64,000 nt of DNA from an uncultured Acidimicrobiaceae bacterium (GTDB lineage: Bacteria > Actinomycetota > Acidimicrobiia > Acidimicrobiales > SZUA-35), in the NCBI GenBank assembly GCA_964648795.1, contig CAZYMB010000005.1, forward strand, positions 44,345 through 108,344. The letters are read 5' to 3'. This document shows positions 19,093 through 28,598 of the stretch, one piece after another. The notes beneath the pieces are model-generated. The model saw only the letters and a list, made by a program, of their open reading frames with translations. It was not told the origin of the DNA and searched no databases. Positions within the stretch are counted from its first letter, which is position 1. The number at the start of each line of letters is the position of its first letter. The position numbers and the translations under genes were made by a program.

Positions 19093-20091
19093 GTGTTTGC
19101 TGATCGCTACGGATGGAACTCTAAGGCAAAGAGTGCCATAGAGTCACAACTTGAAGATTTCGGGAACCATAGCGTTGGGCGCGTCCGCCGATCAGAAAGA
19201 GATTGGGATCTCGTAGAGATCGAGAGTGGTCCAGTCAATTGTGAACGAAGACTTGGGTCGTTTGGAAGCTATGTTGAGCCAGCTGTTGGCGATTGGGTTC
19301 TTGTTTCCGAGGACCATTCACAAGAACCCCCACAACATGTAGTCGTCTCTATTGCACAACGACAGAACAACATTCTTCGTAGAAGGTCCCAACCTGGAGC
19401 TATTCGCAGCCAAGCAATAGCCGCCAATATCGACACACTTGCCTTAGTCGTCGGCCTCGATCAGGGCTTAAACCAGACAAGGCTGACTAGGTCAGTGATA
19501 CTGGCTTTAAATGCCGACGCTAAACCAGCTCTGATATTGACTAAAAGCGACACGGTCTCAGAAAAAAAGCTCAATAAGGTTTTACGCCTAGCGGACGAGG
19601 TTGACCACCTTGATTCTGTTTTTGTGGTCAACTCTTTTAACCAAGACCAGGTTGAACCTATTTACTCTTACCTCGCTAAAGATGAGCCCACCACGGTTGC
19701 TCTAATGGGAGCATCAGGAGCTGGAAAGTCAACCCTTATAAATTCACTGTGCGGCACTGAGCTAGAAACTCAAGAAGTCCGCAAGCAAGATTCAAGGGGC
19801 AGACATACGACTACCTTTCGTGAGATGCACCCCTTCGCAGAAGTCTCAGCAATTATTGACACCCCCGGAATTCGTGCAATCGGCATGTGGGATGCCGAAC
19901 ACGGAATCGCTAAGTATTTCAATGCCATCTACACCGCCATGGAACAGTGCGAATACTCACGATGCACTCACACTGGCGAGCAAGGCTGCGGCATATCTGA
20001 AGCAGTCTCGGCTGGCTCTATCACCCAACAAGACTTGGAGCTCTGGCAAGCTCTAATAGAAGAGAATTTAGAAACTACGCAGGATAGCTAG
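19093..20091 (+). CDS. rsgA: Ribosome small subunit-dependent GTPase A
   Basis: Circularly permuted GTPase: TKSD, GASGAGKSTLIN, RGRHTTT, DTPGIR, CEYSRCTH.GEQGC zinc motif. Confidence 0.95.
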   Translation: MFADRYGWNSKAKSAIESQLEDFGNHSVGRVRRSERDWDLVEIESGPVNCERRLGSFGSYVEPAVGDWVLVSEDHSQEPPQHVVVSIAQRQNNILRRRSQPGAIRSQAIAANIDTLALVVGLDQGLNQTRLTRSVILALNADAKPALILTKSDTVSEKKLNKVLRLADEVDHLDSVFVVNSFNQDQVEPIYSYLAKDEPTTVALMGASGAGKSTLINSLCGTELETQEVRKQDSRGRHTTTFREMHPFAEVSAIIDTPGIRAIGMWDAEHGIAKYFNAIYTAMEQCEYSRCTHTGEQGCGISEAVSAGSITQQDLELWQALIEENLETTQDS

Positions 20092-20782
20092 CTTCAACAG
20101 CTTCAACGGCCAGGTCGAGATGATCTTGCATTTGTGAGCGAATATCTTTAGTAATGCTAGGTATCTTTTCGCGAGAAAGTTTTGACCCTTGCGCCACAAC
20201 TTCAACCGGAGCCCCAATCGAAACTGCAACCTTAGTTTTACTTGGCCACTTTGCGCCAGACGGCAAGGCGTACTCGGTTCCATAAATGGCCATTGGAATT
20301 ATCTTCGCATTAGAGCGCGATGCCAACCAGACTGGGCCGTCGAAACACTCAGCAACCTCTCTACCAGTTTGTCTAGTTCCTTCGGGAAAGACAATCATAA
20401 TTTCGCCACGTTTCAGAATCTTCAATGCTGCTGCCAAAGCTTCACGGTCGGCTTCTCCCCGCCGCACTGGGAATGCTCCGAGCGCTGCAAAAAGAAGCGA
20501 TAGACCTGGAACCCTAAATAGTGATTCCTTACCCAGTGCACGAATCCGTCGCGAGGAGTTTTCGGCAATAACACCCGGGTCAAAATGTGATCGATGTGTG
20601 GCGGCGATTACGACCGGGCCTTGCGTCTCTAAGTGCTGCGCACCAACGACTGAGACTGTCTTAAGCCAACGACTGGACAAGAAGCGATGAGCTTTGACGA
20701 GGTAAGGGTATGCAGCAAGGCTTAGCTTGTGATCACCACGACGTAGCGCCTTCTCACGCAGCTTGCGACTGTCTACTGGCAC
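20075..20782 (-). CDS. 1-acyl-sn-glycerol-3-phosphate acyltransferase (PlsC family)
   Basis: THRSHFD (HX4D), GAFPVRRG, VFPEGTR. Confidence 0.92.
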   Translation of the reverse strand: MPVDSRKLREKALRRGDHKLSLAAYPYLVKAHRFLSSRWLKTVSVVGAQHLETQGPVVIAATHRSHFDPGVIAENSSRRIRALGKESLFRVPGLSLLFAALGAFPVRRGEADREALAAALKILKRGEIMIVFPEGTRQTGREVAECFDGPVWLASRSNAKIIPMAIYGTEYALPSGAKWPSKTKVAVSIGAPVEVVAQGSKLSREKIPSITKDIRSQMQDHLDLAVEAVEASYPA

Positions 20783-20783
20783 C

Positions 20784-22055
20784 CTACGGAGTCCACTCTG
20801 TTAAATCTATTTCAACCTGGGTTCTATCATCCAAGTCTCTCATCTCAACTGCTCCACTTTCAGAAACGAAAGCTACGTATTTGACGCTAAGTCGTTCGGC
20901 TTGCTTAATCTGTTTACCGTATGGCTGGTCGGTGTCAGACACCAAGCAACTAATCCCTCTATCGCGAAGTTGACCTGCAACTTTGTTTGAAGCTGAGCGA
21001 GTCTCTTCTGAATTGACAGCAACAACAACCTCGGCTGTGCCAGCATCTTGCGACTCAAGAAAGCCAAACTTAATCCCGTATGAAATTAGCCGTGAAATTC
21101 CAATTGAGAACCCAACTCCTTGGACGCTTTGTTTACCAACCGAAACCAAGTTGTCGTAGCGACCGCCAGAACATATCGATCCAACATCGTCGAAACCAAC
21201 TAACTCGCTTTCGGCAACTGTCCCAGTGTAGTAATTAAAGCCTCGGGCAATGTATAGCGCTGCGTCAACTGATGGTTTCTTTGAGTTCTCATTTGCTTTG
21301 TCGAGCACAAAGCTCAACTCAGAAACACCTTCATCAAACAATTCGCCGCTAACACCAAAGTCTTTGACCACAGCCAGGTCAGCAGAAGTCGCTGCACGAA
21401 CCTGAGTGAGGCCAAGTATTGCTTCTATTTGAGCTTCAGTGAGGCCTTCGGCTAGAAGCGTTTCCTTGGTTTTATCGGCTCCCACTTTGGGAAGCTTGTC
21501 GACTGCCCGCAACACCCCGACTACATCTTCCAAACCTAGGCCAGCGTAAAATCCTTGCAACAGCTTTCGGTTGTTGATCACAAATTTGACCTCTGGGATT
21601 GGCAGCGCCCCCAGCGTGTCAGAGAACAAAGCAAGCAAGTCTGCGTCGTGGCGTATATCGAGGCTGCCGGTGTCAACTATGTCAGCATCTGCCTGAATGA
21701 ACTCACGGAATCTACCGAGCTGCGGTCTCTCTCCACGCCAGGCTGGTTGTATCTGGTAGCGCCGATACGGAAATGTCAGTTGTCCGGCATTTTCTGAAAC
21801 GTAGCGAGCAAATGGCACTGTCAGGTCATAGTGCAAACCAAGCGTTGGTTCATCAACAGAGCCTAGCCGCGACACTGCAAATATTTCTTTGTCAGTCTCG
21901 CCTTGATCCAGGAGTTCTTCTAGAGGTTCAATAGACCGTGTCAACAGCGGACTAAATCCATGCAGAGAAAAAGTCTCACGAACAGTCGAAATAATTCGGT
22001 CCTGTATTACCTGGTACTCAGGTAGCCATTCTGCAAAACCTTTGATCTTTGCCAT
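20784..22055 (-). CDS. hisS: Histidine--tRNA ligase
   Basis: LHYDLTVPFARY, RGERPQLGRFREFIQ.D, ARGFNYYTG, GGRYDNL, anticodon domain. Confidence 0.96.
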   Translation of the reverse strand: MAKIKGFAEWLPEYQVIQDRIISTVRETFSLHGFSPLLTRSIEPLEELLDQGETDKEIFAVSRLGSVDEPTLGLHYDLTVPFARYVSENAGQLTFPYRRYQIQPAWRGERPQLGRFREFIQADADIVDTGSLDIRHDADLLALFSDTLGALPIPEVKFVINNRKLLQGFYAGLGLEDVVGVLRAVDKLPKVGADKTKETLLAEGLTEAQIEAILGLTQVRAATSADLAVVKDFGVSGELFDEGVSELSFVLDKANENSKKPSVDAALYIARGFNYYTGTVAESELVGFDDVGSICSGGRYDNLVSVGKQSVQGVGFSIGISRLISYGIKFGFLESQDAGTAEVVVAVNSEETRSASNKVAGQLRDRGISCLVSDTDQPYGKQIKQAERLSVKYVAFVSESGAVEMRDLDDRTQVEIDLTEWTP

Positions 22056-22093
22056 AGAGACAGGCTAGCCACTAAAGAGTTCTAAAGCTGTGC

Positions 22094-22315
22094 TTATAGA
22101 TCTTCTGGGATGATCTTGTAGCCTTGCGACCAGCAGAACAGGACCACATACCAAAGAGCTATCGCCACACCTACAGCCAAGTACCCTAGCGCTTTAAACG
22201 GCTCACCGTTCTGGACTGCCATTGCCGTATATACGGCCCCGCCGATTACAGACACTGCAGTAGCTATTAAACAAGCTGTTGAGAAAATGCTTCGTCTACC
22301 GGCTCTGCTACTCAT
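22094..22315 (-). CDS. Small 2-TM membrane protein
   Basis: Two hydrophobic helices. Co-oriented 3 nt downstream of the M50 gene. Confidence 0.65.
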   Translation of the reverse strand: MSSRAGRRSIFSTACLIATAVSVIGGAVYTAMAVQNGEPFKALGYLAVGVAIALWYVVLFCWSQGYKIIPEDL

Positions 22316-22318
22316 GAT

Positions 22319-23326
22319 TTACCCAGAAGTCTCTGCTGCTGTTGCCGCTGCCGCTGAAAAGAAATCTGCTGTAGGTGTTTGGAAATCCACGATGGCAGCA
22401 GTCACAGTTAAAAAGCCAAGGAAAATGATGGTTACGTATGCAAGTGGAGTCAACTTATGAATGTTGAACATATAGTTCTTGTTTCGTGTTACTAAACGAG
22501 TAACGCCATCAAACACAGCAGCAACTGCATGTGATCCATCAAGCGGCGGGAACGGCAACAAGTTAACAAGTCCTACGGCGGCCGAAACAATTGCAAGCCA
22601 TACCAGGCTGCTGTTCAAACCAGAATTAAATGCCTGTTCGGAGATCGCAGCCAAAGTTTTTGGCCCAGCAAACGCAACTTCGACTTCCTCAGGGTTATTA
22701 ACAACATCGTCCAGATACCCAACAGGATTCTGAATTAAAGTCCAGAACTGACCCAGTGTCAGTGTGATGAGCGTCCAGAACTGCGTAAATGCATGGTTGA
22801 CCGCTTGACCTAGTGCTGCTCCTTGTAGCAAGGCGCTCGCTGTGAAAGCTGCAAGTGCGACGAAGAAGTTAACAAACGGCCCTGCCAGAATAGTCATTAA
22901 GCGCCCAAACGCCGATGCGCCTCTAAACGAGTCCTCCTCATCAAACCCTTCTGGAAGCTCTGACTGAGAAGTCATACCCTCTAGCTTTACGTAGCCGCCA
23001 GCCGAGATGAACTTAAGACCGTAACGAGAGTTCTTTGTCTGAATGGCAAATACCTCCGGACCAAAGCCCCAGAAAAATTCAGCTGGTTTCATGCCCGAAA
23101 GTTTGGCAACAAAGAAGTGTCCCGCCTCATGTGTGGTAATAACGATTCCTAAAGTGATGAGGACATAGAGAGCTGGTGGGAATATGAAAGCTAGAGCAAT
23201 TATCGGCAATATCGTCGCAAGTGCCCACGGTATTGATGCTTCAAATTTTGCGCCTTTTACCTGCCATGGAAGCGTTACTTGCTTCCCTAGGACTGAGATC
23301 TCTTTCTTAGTAACTGCCAATTTCAT
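22319..23326 (-). CDS. Site-2 (M50, RseP-like) intramembrane metalloprotease without PDZ
   Basis: HEAGH, FFWGFGP, AGGYVKL.GM, LAGPFVN, NLLPFPPLDG. Confidence 0.9.
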   Translation of the reverse strand: MKLAVTKKEISVLGKQVTLPWQVKGAKFEASIPWALATILPIIALAFIFPPALYVLITLGIVITTHEAGHFFVAKLSGMKPAEFFWGFGPEVFAIQTKNSRYGLKFISAGGYVKLEGMTSQSELPEGFDEEDSFRGASAFGRLMTILAGPFVNFFVALAAFTASALLQGAALGQAVNHAFTQFWTLITLTLGQFWTLIQNPVGYLDDVVNNPEEVEVAFAGPKTLAAISEQAFNSGLNSSLVWLAIVSAAVGLVNLLPFPPLDGSHAVAAVFDGVTRLVTRNKNYMFNIHKLTPLAYVTIIFLGFLTVTAAIVDFQTPTADFFSAAAATAAETSG

Positions 23327-23377
23327 TTCCTACAACGTCCCCCGCTTGTTAAGCCCAAGGTACATGACTAAACCAGC

Positions 23378-23409
23378 GCTAGTAAAGGGTGACGGTCACC
23401 TTTACTAGC
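23378..23409. promoter_or_regulatory. Near-perfect 15-bp inverted repeat between divergent genes
   Basis: gctagtaaagggtgac-g-gtcacctttactagc, with one extra G in the left arm. Confidence 0.5.
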
Positions 23410-23489
23410 CTCTATGAGCCTGGTGGCCCATTAAGTTTCCTTCTTTCGAATTCTGGTATTGAGCCCGGCATTCCGCTAACCTCACCCAA

Positions 23490-23999
23490 GTGACTGTTGC
23501 AACCTGTGTAGCCCCGCCAGAGTACAAATTTGGCAACTTAGCTGGCACCGAATACAAACTTAGAGACTGGCTAACCTCCTACCCACTATTGCTGGTAGCG
23601 ATAGACCCATACACCGCCCAAAGCAGCTGGATATTAGACACCGCAGTACGGATTTTTCGCCACTTCCAACCAGCTGACATAAGAGTTGGCTGGATCTGTA
23701 CCGGCGATGTCGAGGCCACCAAAGCCTTCTTGGGCCCCTTGGCTGAAGAGTTCTTAACCATTAGTGACCCTAAAGCAGAACTTTGCAAAGAACTCGGAAT
23801 TGGGGTGCTTCCGTCTCTAGTTCACATCCGAGTAGATGGATTTACCCAACACGCTGATAGTTGGGACCCGCAGGTTTGGACAAAGGTCACCGATTGGGTC
23901 GCCACAATAGCGGCCTGGTCGAAAATCAACCTAGGTGTCGGGCCAGACCCCGTAGCCTATGAAGGCACCAGAATAGCCCCAAGTTCAGTCGCAGGCTAG
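23490..23999 (+). CDS. Thioredoxin/AhpC-like fold protein without CxxC
   Basis: Pattern 'G....L.DWL...PLLLVAIDP....W......F..F....IRVGWI...FL..SDP.....K.LG...LPSLV.IR.DG' resembles redoxins. Confidence 0.6.
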   Translation: MTVATCVAPPEYKFGNLAGTEYKLRDWLTSYPLLLVAIDPYTAQSSWILDTAVRIFRHFQPADIRVGWICTGDVEATKAFLGPLAEEFLTISDPKAELCKELGIGVLPSLVHIRVDGFTQHADSWDPQVWTKVTDWVATIAAWSKINLGVGPDPVAYEGTRIAPSSVAG

Positions 24000-24044
24000 A
24001 AGACCAGTAAGGCTTTTACCCAACGGCTAGCTATCCTTTGAAGT

Positions 24045-25127
24045 ATGAGCGGTACCGGCGGGGACAATCTAGATGTGGACAAAACTCTCTTTGTTGTAGG
24101 CGCCGAACCTACAGCCCTGACCACTTCTGAAACAGGTTCAGAGACTGAAGCACAGCTCGAACCTACTCCAGACGTTGTCGATGACGAAGAAAGAATTCCG
24201 TTTGCGAGCGAGTGGACCCCTTCAAGGCGAACACTCCCTATGCCGGTTTACGCTGGCATCGTCTTTGCCGTAGTAGCAGCATGTATAACAGTCGTCTTCA
24301 CAGTTTCAGGAGATGACGACCCGACAGCTGCAGCATCAGACAACGATGAAGCAATAACTGCCACAGAACAAGATGACGACGACGACAATTCACCAAGCAA
24401 CGTCCCGGCTGCGCCAACAACAGAAACTGACGAGTCCGAAGAGCCAGGTGACACAACAGATTCCACATTGGACGACAACTCCGAGGACGCTTCTACCACT
24501 AGCACCACGACAAACACGGATTCAGGCAGCAACTCTACTGAAACAAACTCAGAGGCAACCACACAGACCAATCGACCAGAGAACCCAATCCAAATCGTTA
24601 TTCCTAATACCGCTCCAACCCCTACTCTGCCAATACCTTCCGAGATTCTGACAACAACCACACGACGACCTACCACCACAGCACAACCTAGGACGACTCA
24701 ACGGCCGATTACTACCGCACAACCAACAACAAGCGCTGCCCCAACTACCACCATCCAAACCACCACAACAGCGGCCCCAACAACCACTCAACCGACGACT
24801 ACTGCCCAACCAACGACGACCACACCACCTCCACTTGCCATTGCTCGCACCGAGCTGCGGTTCGAGGACACCTTCTTGGTGGCCGTGTACATGGTTCCGG
24901 CTGAACAATTCTGCTTTGCTTCTTGGAGCTACACGTTGAGAGACTCCAACGGGGCTCAAATTGCCAACCGTTCCCAAACGCTACCCACTGATAGTTGCAC
25001 TATCTGGCATGGGGTACCAGTAGAGACACGTGATTTACCTTCAGGTGAAACTTATACCATTGATTTAACTGCCACCTCCGACCAAGGGCGCCAAGCTACA
25101 ATTCTTGACGAAGTCACCATTCCATAG
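24045..25127 (+). CDS. Single-pass membrane protein with acidic and Pro/Thr-rich stalk and C-terminal beta-sandwich-like domain
   Basis: TM at about aa 66-88, D/T-rich linker, PTTTAQP-type repeats, C-terminal ~95 aa beta-rich domain with 2 Cys. Confidence 0.8.
   Translation: MSGTGGDNLDVDKTLFVVGAEPTALTTSETGSETEAQLEPTPDVVDDEERIPFASEWTPSRRTLPMPVYAGIVFAVVAACITVVFTVSGDDDPTAAASDNDEAITATEQDDDDDNSPSNVPAAPTTETDESEEPGDTTDSTLDDNSEDASTTSTTTNTDSGSNSTETNSEATTQTNRPENPIQIVIPNTAPTPTLPIPSEILTTTTRRPTTTAQPRTTQRPITTAQPTTSAAPTTTIQTTTTAAPTTTQPTTTAQPTTTTPPPLAIARTELRFEDTFLVAVYMVPAEQFCFASWSYTLRDSNGAQIANRSQTLPTDSCTIWHGVPVETRDLPSGETYTIDLTATSDQGRQATILDEVTIP
24651..24834 (+). repeat. Coding Thr/Pro-rich imperfect repeats (TTTAQP/TTTAAP)
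   Basis: TTTTRRPTTTAQPRTTQRPITTAQPTTSAAPTTTIQTTTTAAPTTTQPTTTAQPTTTTPPP. Confidence 0.85.
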
Positions 25128-25150
25128 CTGAACTGCTAACCTTTGGGGCG

Positions 25151-26188
25151 ATGAAGAAATCAGTAGTTCTCCTTTTCCTAATATCAATACTCGCCGCTTG
25201 CGGCCAGTCCCTCTCAGAAGGCGACACTGCAGAAGTAGTCGAGACGGCAGCGACTGTCACGATTGGTGACGACACCTTTACAGTCACCGGCGCTGATGTT
25301 GAAGAGATCAGTCTGGCCAGCCTCGAGTTTCAAGACCAGTTAGCCGCCGAAGCAGGCCAACCAGTCGACGACACAGTTTCGCTAGCTGAAAGGCTTGAAA
25401 TAACACGCCCAACAAGTCTTACATTGGCAATCTACTCTCGTATCATCGACCAGCAGCTGGCTGAGCGTGACATTACCCTCGAGGGAGATCTGCTTGCCGA
25501 AGTGAACGAGAGAATGCAAGAACTTCAGTTCATGACTGACACTGAGTTTGAAGAATTCCTGAACGACCCGAATCAGTTCACGCAAGAAACGATTGGGCTA
25601 CAACAAGGACTCCTAGCCCTAGCAGCAGTTGAAGATGTAGAACCGATCGAAGCCACATGCATTAGCCATGTACTAAGGAGCTACACCGCCGAAGAACGAG
25701 CGCTGCCTGACTTTGTTGCCGACGAAGCAGACGATGAAAGATTCCAAGCCGAAGCTGAAGAAGCAAGGCAAAGAGTCGTTGACGGAGAGCTATTCGAAGA
25801 CGTTGCTTCTGAGGTCTCAGTAGATACAGGTAGCGCTATCGAAGGTGGAAGCCTTGGCTGCTTCCCGACTGCTGAAGTCAGCACAGCCTTAGTTCCAGAG
25901 TTTGCAGAAGTTGCCCTCGCATCCGAGATCGGCGAACTTTCGGAAGTCTTCGAAAGTGAATTCGGATTCCACTTCTTAATCACTACCGAGGATGAAGAAG
26001 GCATCGCTCTGCTTCAGAGTGCTGAAGCAGAAAACGTGGTTCAAACCCAACTGCAAACCGTTCTTCAAGGTGCAACCGTAGAGGTAGACCAAAGTATCGG
26101 TGCATGGAATCCAACTAGTCTTCAAGTTGAGGCTCCCCTACCTGATGTTGAGTTCGAAGAGACCCAAGCTCCGCCAATAGCTGAATAA
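25151..26188 (+). CDS. PrsA-like parvulin peptidyl-prolyl isomerase lipoprotein
   Basis: Lipobox LAAC, ISHVL, F.DVASEVSVDTGSAIEGGSLG, VPEF, S.VFESEFGFHF. Confidence 0.88.
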   Translation: MKKSVVLLFLISILAACGQSLSEGDTAEVVETAATVTIGDDTFTVTGADVEEISLASLEFQDQLAAEAGQPVDDTVSLAERLEITRPTSLTLAIYSRIIDQQLAERDITLEGDLLAEVNERMQELQFMTDTEFEEFLNDPNQFTQETIGLQQGLLALAAVEDVEPIEATCISHVLRSYTAEERALPDFVADEADDERFQAEAEEARQRVVDGELFEDVASEVSVDTGSAIEGGSLGCFPTAEVSTALVPEFAEVALASEIGELSEVFESEFGFHFLITTEDEEGIALLQSAEAENVVQTQLQTVLQGATVEVDQSIGAWNPTSLQVEAPLPDVEFEETQAPPIAE

Positions 26189-26190
26189 CG

Positions 26191-27219
26191 ATGAGCATTC
26201 AGATTTGTGGCTTGGGCCCAGCCGGACCCGAGCTAATCTCTGCCGAAACAAAAGCAATCATCAGCAATAGTAATCATGTCTTTGTGCGCACGAAACATCA
26301 CCCGGCTGTTGCATCTATAGATTTTCATGCTTCGTTTGACTCCGTTTATGAAGCAAATGAATCCTATGAAGAAACCTATAAACAAATAGCTGAAACCCTT
26401 ATTGCTGAAGGTTCAACCAAAGACATCGTCTATGCCACCCCAGGTTCGCCGCAGATACTCGAAGATGTTGTTGCCCTCCTAACGTCTCAAACCGAAGTTA
26501 AAGTGACTACATCCCCCGCAATGAGTTTTCTAGACTTATGTTGGGATCGCCTTGGGGTTGATCCAGTAAAGAACTCTGTCACACTCGCTAACGCTGGCGA
26601 CTTCGAACCTAATCGATTTTCAACTGGTCCAATTCTTGTGACACAAGTCTTCAACACTGATATGGCGTCAAAGCTAAAACTCTCTTATCAAAATGAAATC
26701 GACGTTACCGTCTTGACAGATCTCGGTTCTGAAACTGAGACAGTTACGACGATGCCAATCAGCAAACTCGATCAAATCACCGCAACAAACAGAACGACTG
26801 TCTACATCCCTCACCCAGGTATCCCTGAAGTTGCCGGAATGGACAGCTTAATAGGTCTCATTTCACGACTTCGTAAAGAATGCCCATGGGACGCTAAACA
26901 GAATCATGAATCACTTGTTAAACATCTTGAAGAGGAAACCCAAGAAGTAATCGAAGCCATCCATGAGCGCCATAACAGCCAGGTCGGCTATGCGAACTTC
27001 GCCGAAGAACTAGGCGACCTCCTACTCCAAATCCTTTTGCACTCTGAAATAGCCTCAGAAGGTGATTTCTTTGATATCTCAGATGTAGCCAACGCCCTGC
27101 ATGACAAGATGATTCGACGCCATCCGCATGTTTTCGGGGATTCAACCGCTTCTACTCTAGAAGAGCTTGAACAACAGTGGAAAGCAATAAAAGAGGCTGA
27201 AAAAGGCAAAAATAGCTAA
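26191..27219 (+). CDS. mazG: YabN-like tetrapyrrole-methylase/MazG nucleotide pyrophosphohydrolase fusion
   Basis: GLGPAGPELIS, YATPGSP N-domain. LRKECPWD..Q.HESL...L.EE..EV, EELGDLLLQ, KMIRRHPHVFG. Confidence 0.9.
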   Translation: MSIQICGLGPAGPELISAETKAIISNSNHVFVRTKHHPAVASIDFHASFDSVYEANESYEETYKQIAETLIAEGSTKDIVYATPGSPQILEDVVALLTSQTEVKVTTSPAMSFLDLCWDRLGVDPVKNSVTLANAGDFEPNRFSTGPILVTQVFNTDMASKLKLSYQNEIDVTVLTDLGSETETVTTMPISKLDQITATNRTTVYIPHPGIPEVAGMDSLIGLISRLRKECPWDAKQNHESLVKHLEEETQEVIEAIHERHNSQVGYANFAEELGDLLLQILLHSEIASEGDFFDISDVANALHDKMIRRHPHVFGDSTASTLEELEQQWKAIKEAEKGKNS

Positions 27220-27232
27220 TCTAAGGGGCTAT

Positions 27233-28561
27233 TTGGCCGACTCTAGTCAGGTGGAATCACCTGTCGTAGAAGCTAAAAGCCAATGGCTGAACTCGGAACC
27301 TCTAGACATAGAGAATTTAGGTTCAGATGCTTTAATTGTAATGTTTTCTGCTGGGTGTGAATTATCCAAGTCACGCCTCAGACAACTGAAGCACGTCAGA
27401 AACAGTTTCAATTCTGCGATATCAATCATTGCGATACATGTTCCTCGCTTTGACTATGAACGATCTCCTGAAACGGTCAAACGCACGCTAGAAGAACTCC
27501 GCATAACGTTCCCGACTTTGCATGACCCGGACTTAGAAATGTGGAAACGATTCGATGCTCGAACAATTCCTTCTGTATCTCTACTGAAAGAAAATGGCGA
27601 ACTCATCCAAGGTGAGCACGGAACTCTGACCGCTGCGCAGTTCCAAGATGTATTCCAATCGGGCCCCGACATAGAGCCATTGCCGGTCGAGGCAGATTCT
27701 CCGAATAATTCAAAAGATCTTGTCTATCCAACGCACGTGGCCAAGAGCAATGACGGATTCTTAGCGGTTTCTGATCCTGGTAATGGTCTTATCATGGTGT
27801 CCCAACATGAACCTGGTGCCGGAACTGCTCAGATCATGGGCTATATTGACGAACTACTTCGGCCAAGCGCAGTAATATTTAGCTCTAGCGGCACGTTGAT
27901 CGCAGCTGACACAGACCGAGGAACGGTCAATGAGTACAACATTGAGAGCGGACAATCTCGGCTGCTTGCAAAGGATTTAAGGTCACCGGGTGGGCTTTGC
28001 TTTGATACCGATGGCAGCCTCTTTATTAGTGACGGCGCAGCAAATACGATCTTTAGAATCTCGGCCGGCTCAGACTCGGTGGATCGTTTTCAAAAGGTTG
28101 CAGGAAACGGCGATTATGGTTCGACCGATGGTTCTTCAACTACAGTTGAACTAGCCCAACCGAATGGAATGGCGAGAACAGAATTTGGCTTGTACTTCTG
28201 CGAGAGTGCCTCGAGTAAAATTCGCATGCTGACTGATGCTGGAAATATTGTGACCAAAAATGGCAGGCCTGGATTTGACTGGGGATTCTCCGACGGCATA
28301 GGTTCTGAAGCTCTACTACAACGCCCGACTGATATTGCCTCGCTAGGCGATGGTTCTCTACTCATCAGCGACACCGGAAATTCAACGCTGCGACTTCTTA
28401 CTGATGGACATCTCTCAACTGTCGCAATTGACGGGCTCATCGAACCATACGGCCTCTTCGTTGACTCCGACCAAACAATCTTTGTCACAGACGCCTTCAA
28501 TGCTCGAATTCTGACTGTTGCTGCTGATTTTGGTTCAGCACAAGAACTGATCTTCAAATAG
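27233..28561 (+). CDS. Thioredoxin-like + NHL-repeat protein (NHLRC2/SOQ1-like architecture)
   Basis: IIAIHVPRFDYE...ITFPTLHDP..MWK.F....IPS redoxin domain, then NHL repeats (P..VA, VAGNG..GSTDG...LAQPNG, LQRPTDI). TTG start uncertain. Confidence 0.85.
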   Translation: MADSSQVESPVVEAKSQWLNSEPLDIENLGSDALIVMFSAGCELSKSRLRQLKHVRNSFNSAISIIAIHVPRFDYERSPETVKRTLEELRITFPTLHDPDLEMWKRFDARTIPSVSLLKENGELIQGEHGTLTAAQFQDVFQSGPDIEPLPVEADSPNNSKDLVYPTHVAKSNDGFLAVSDPGNGLIMVSQHEPGAGTAQIMGYIDELLRPSAVIFSSSGTLIAADTDRGTVNEYNIESGQSRLLAKDLRSPGGLCFDTDGSLFISDGAANTIFRISAGSDSVDRFQKVAGNGDYGSTDGSSTTVELAQPNGMARTEFGLYFCESASSKIRMLTDAGNIVTKNGRPGFDWGFSDGIGSEALLQRPTDIASLGDGSLLISDTGNSTLRLLTDGHLSTVAIDGLIEPYGLFVDSDQTIFVTDAFNARILTVAADFGSAQELIFK

Positions 28562-28598
28562 AGGCTACAACTGCACATTACTGAGTTAAGTTGGACAT

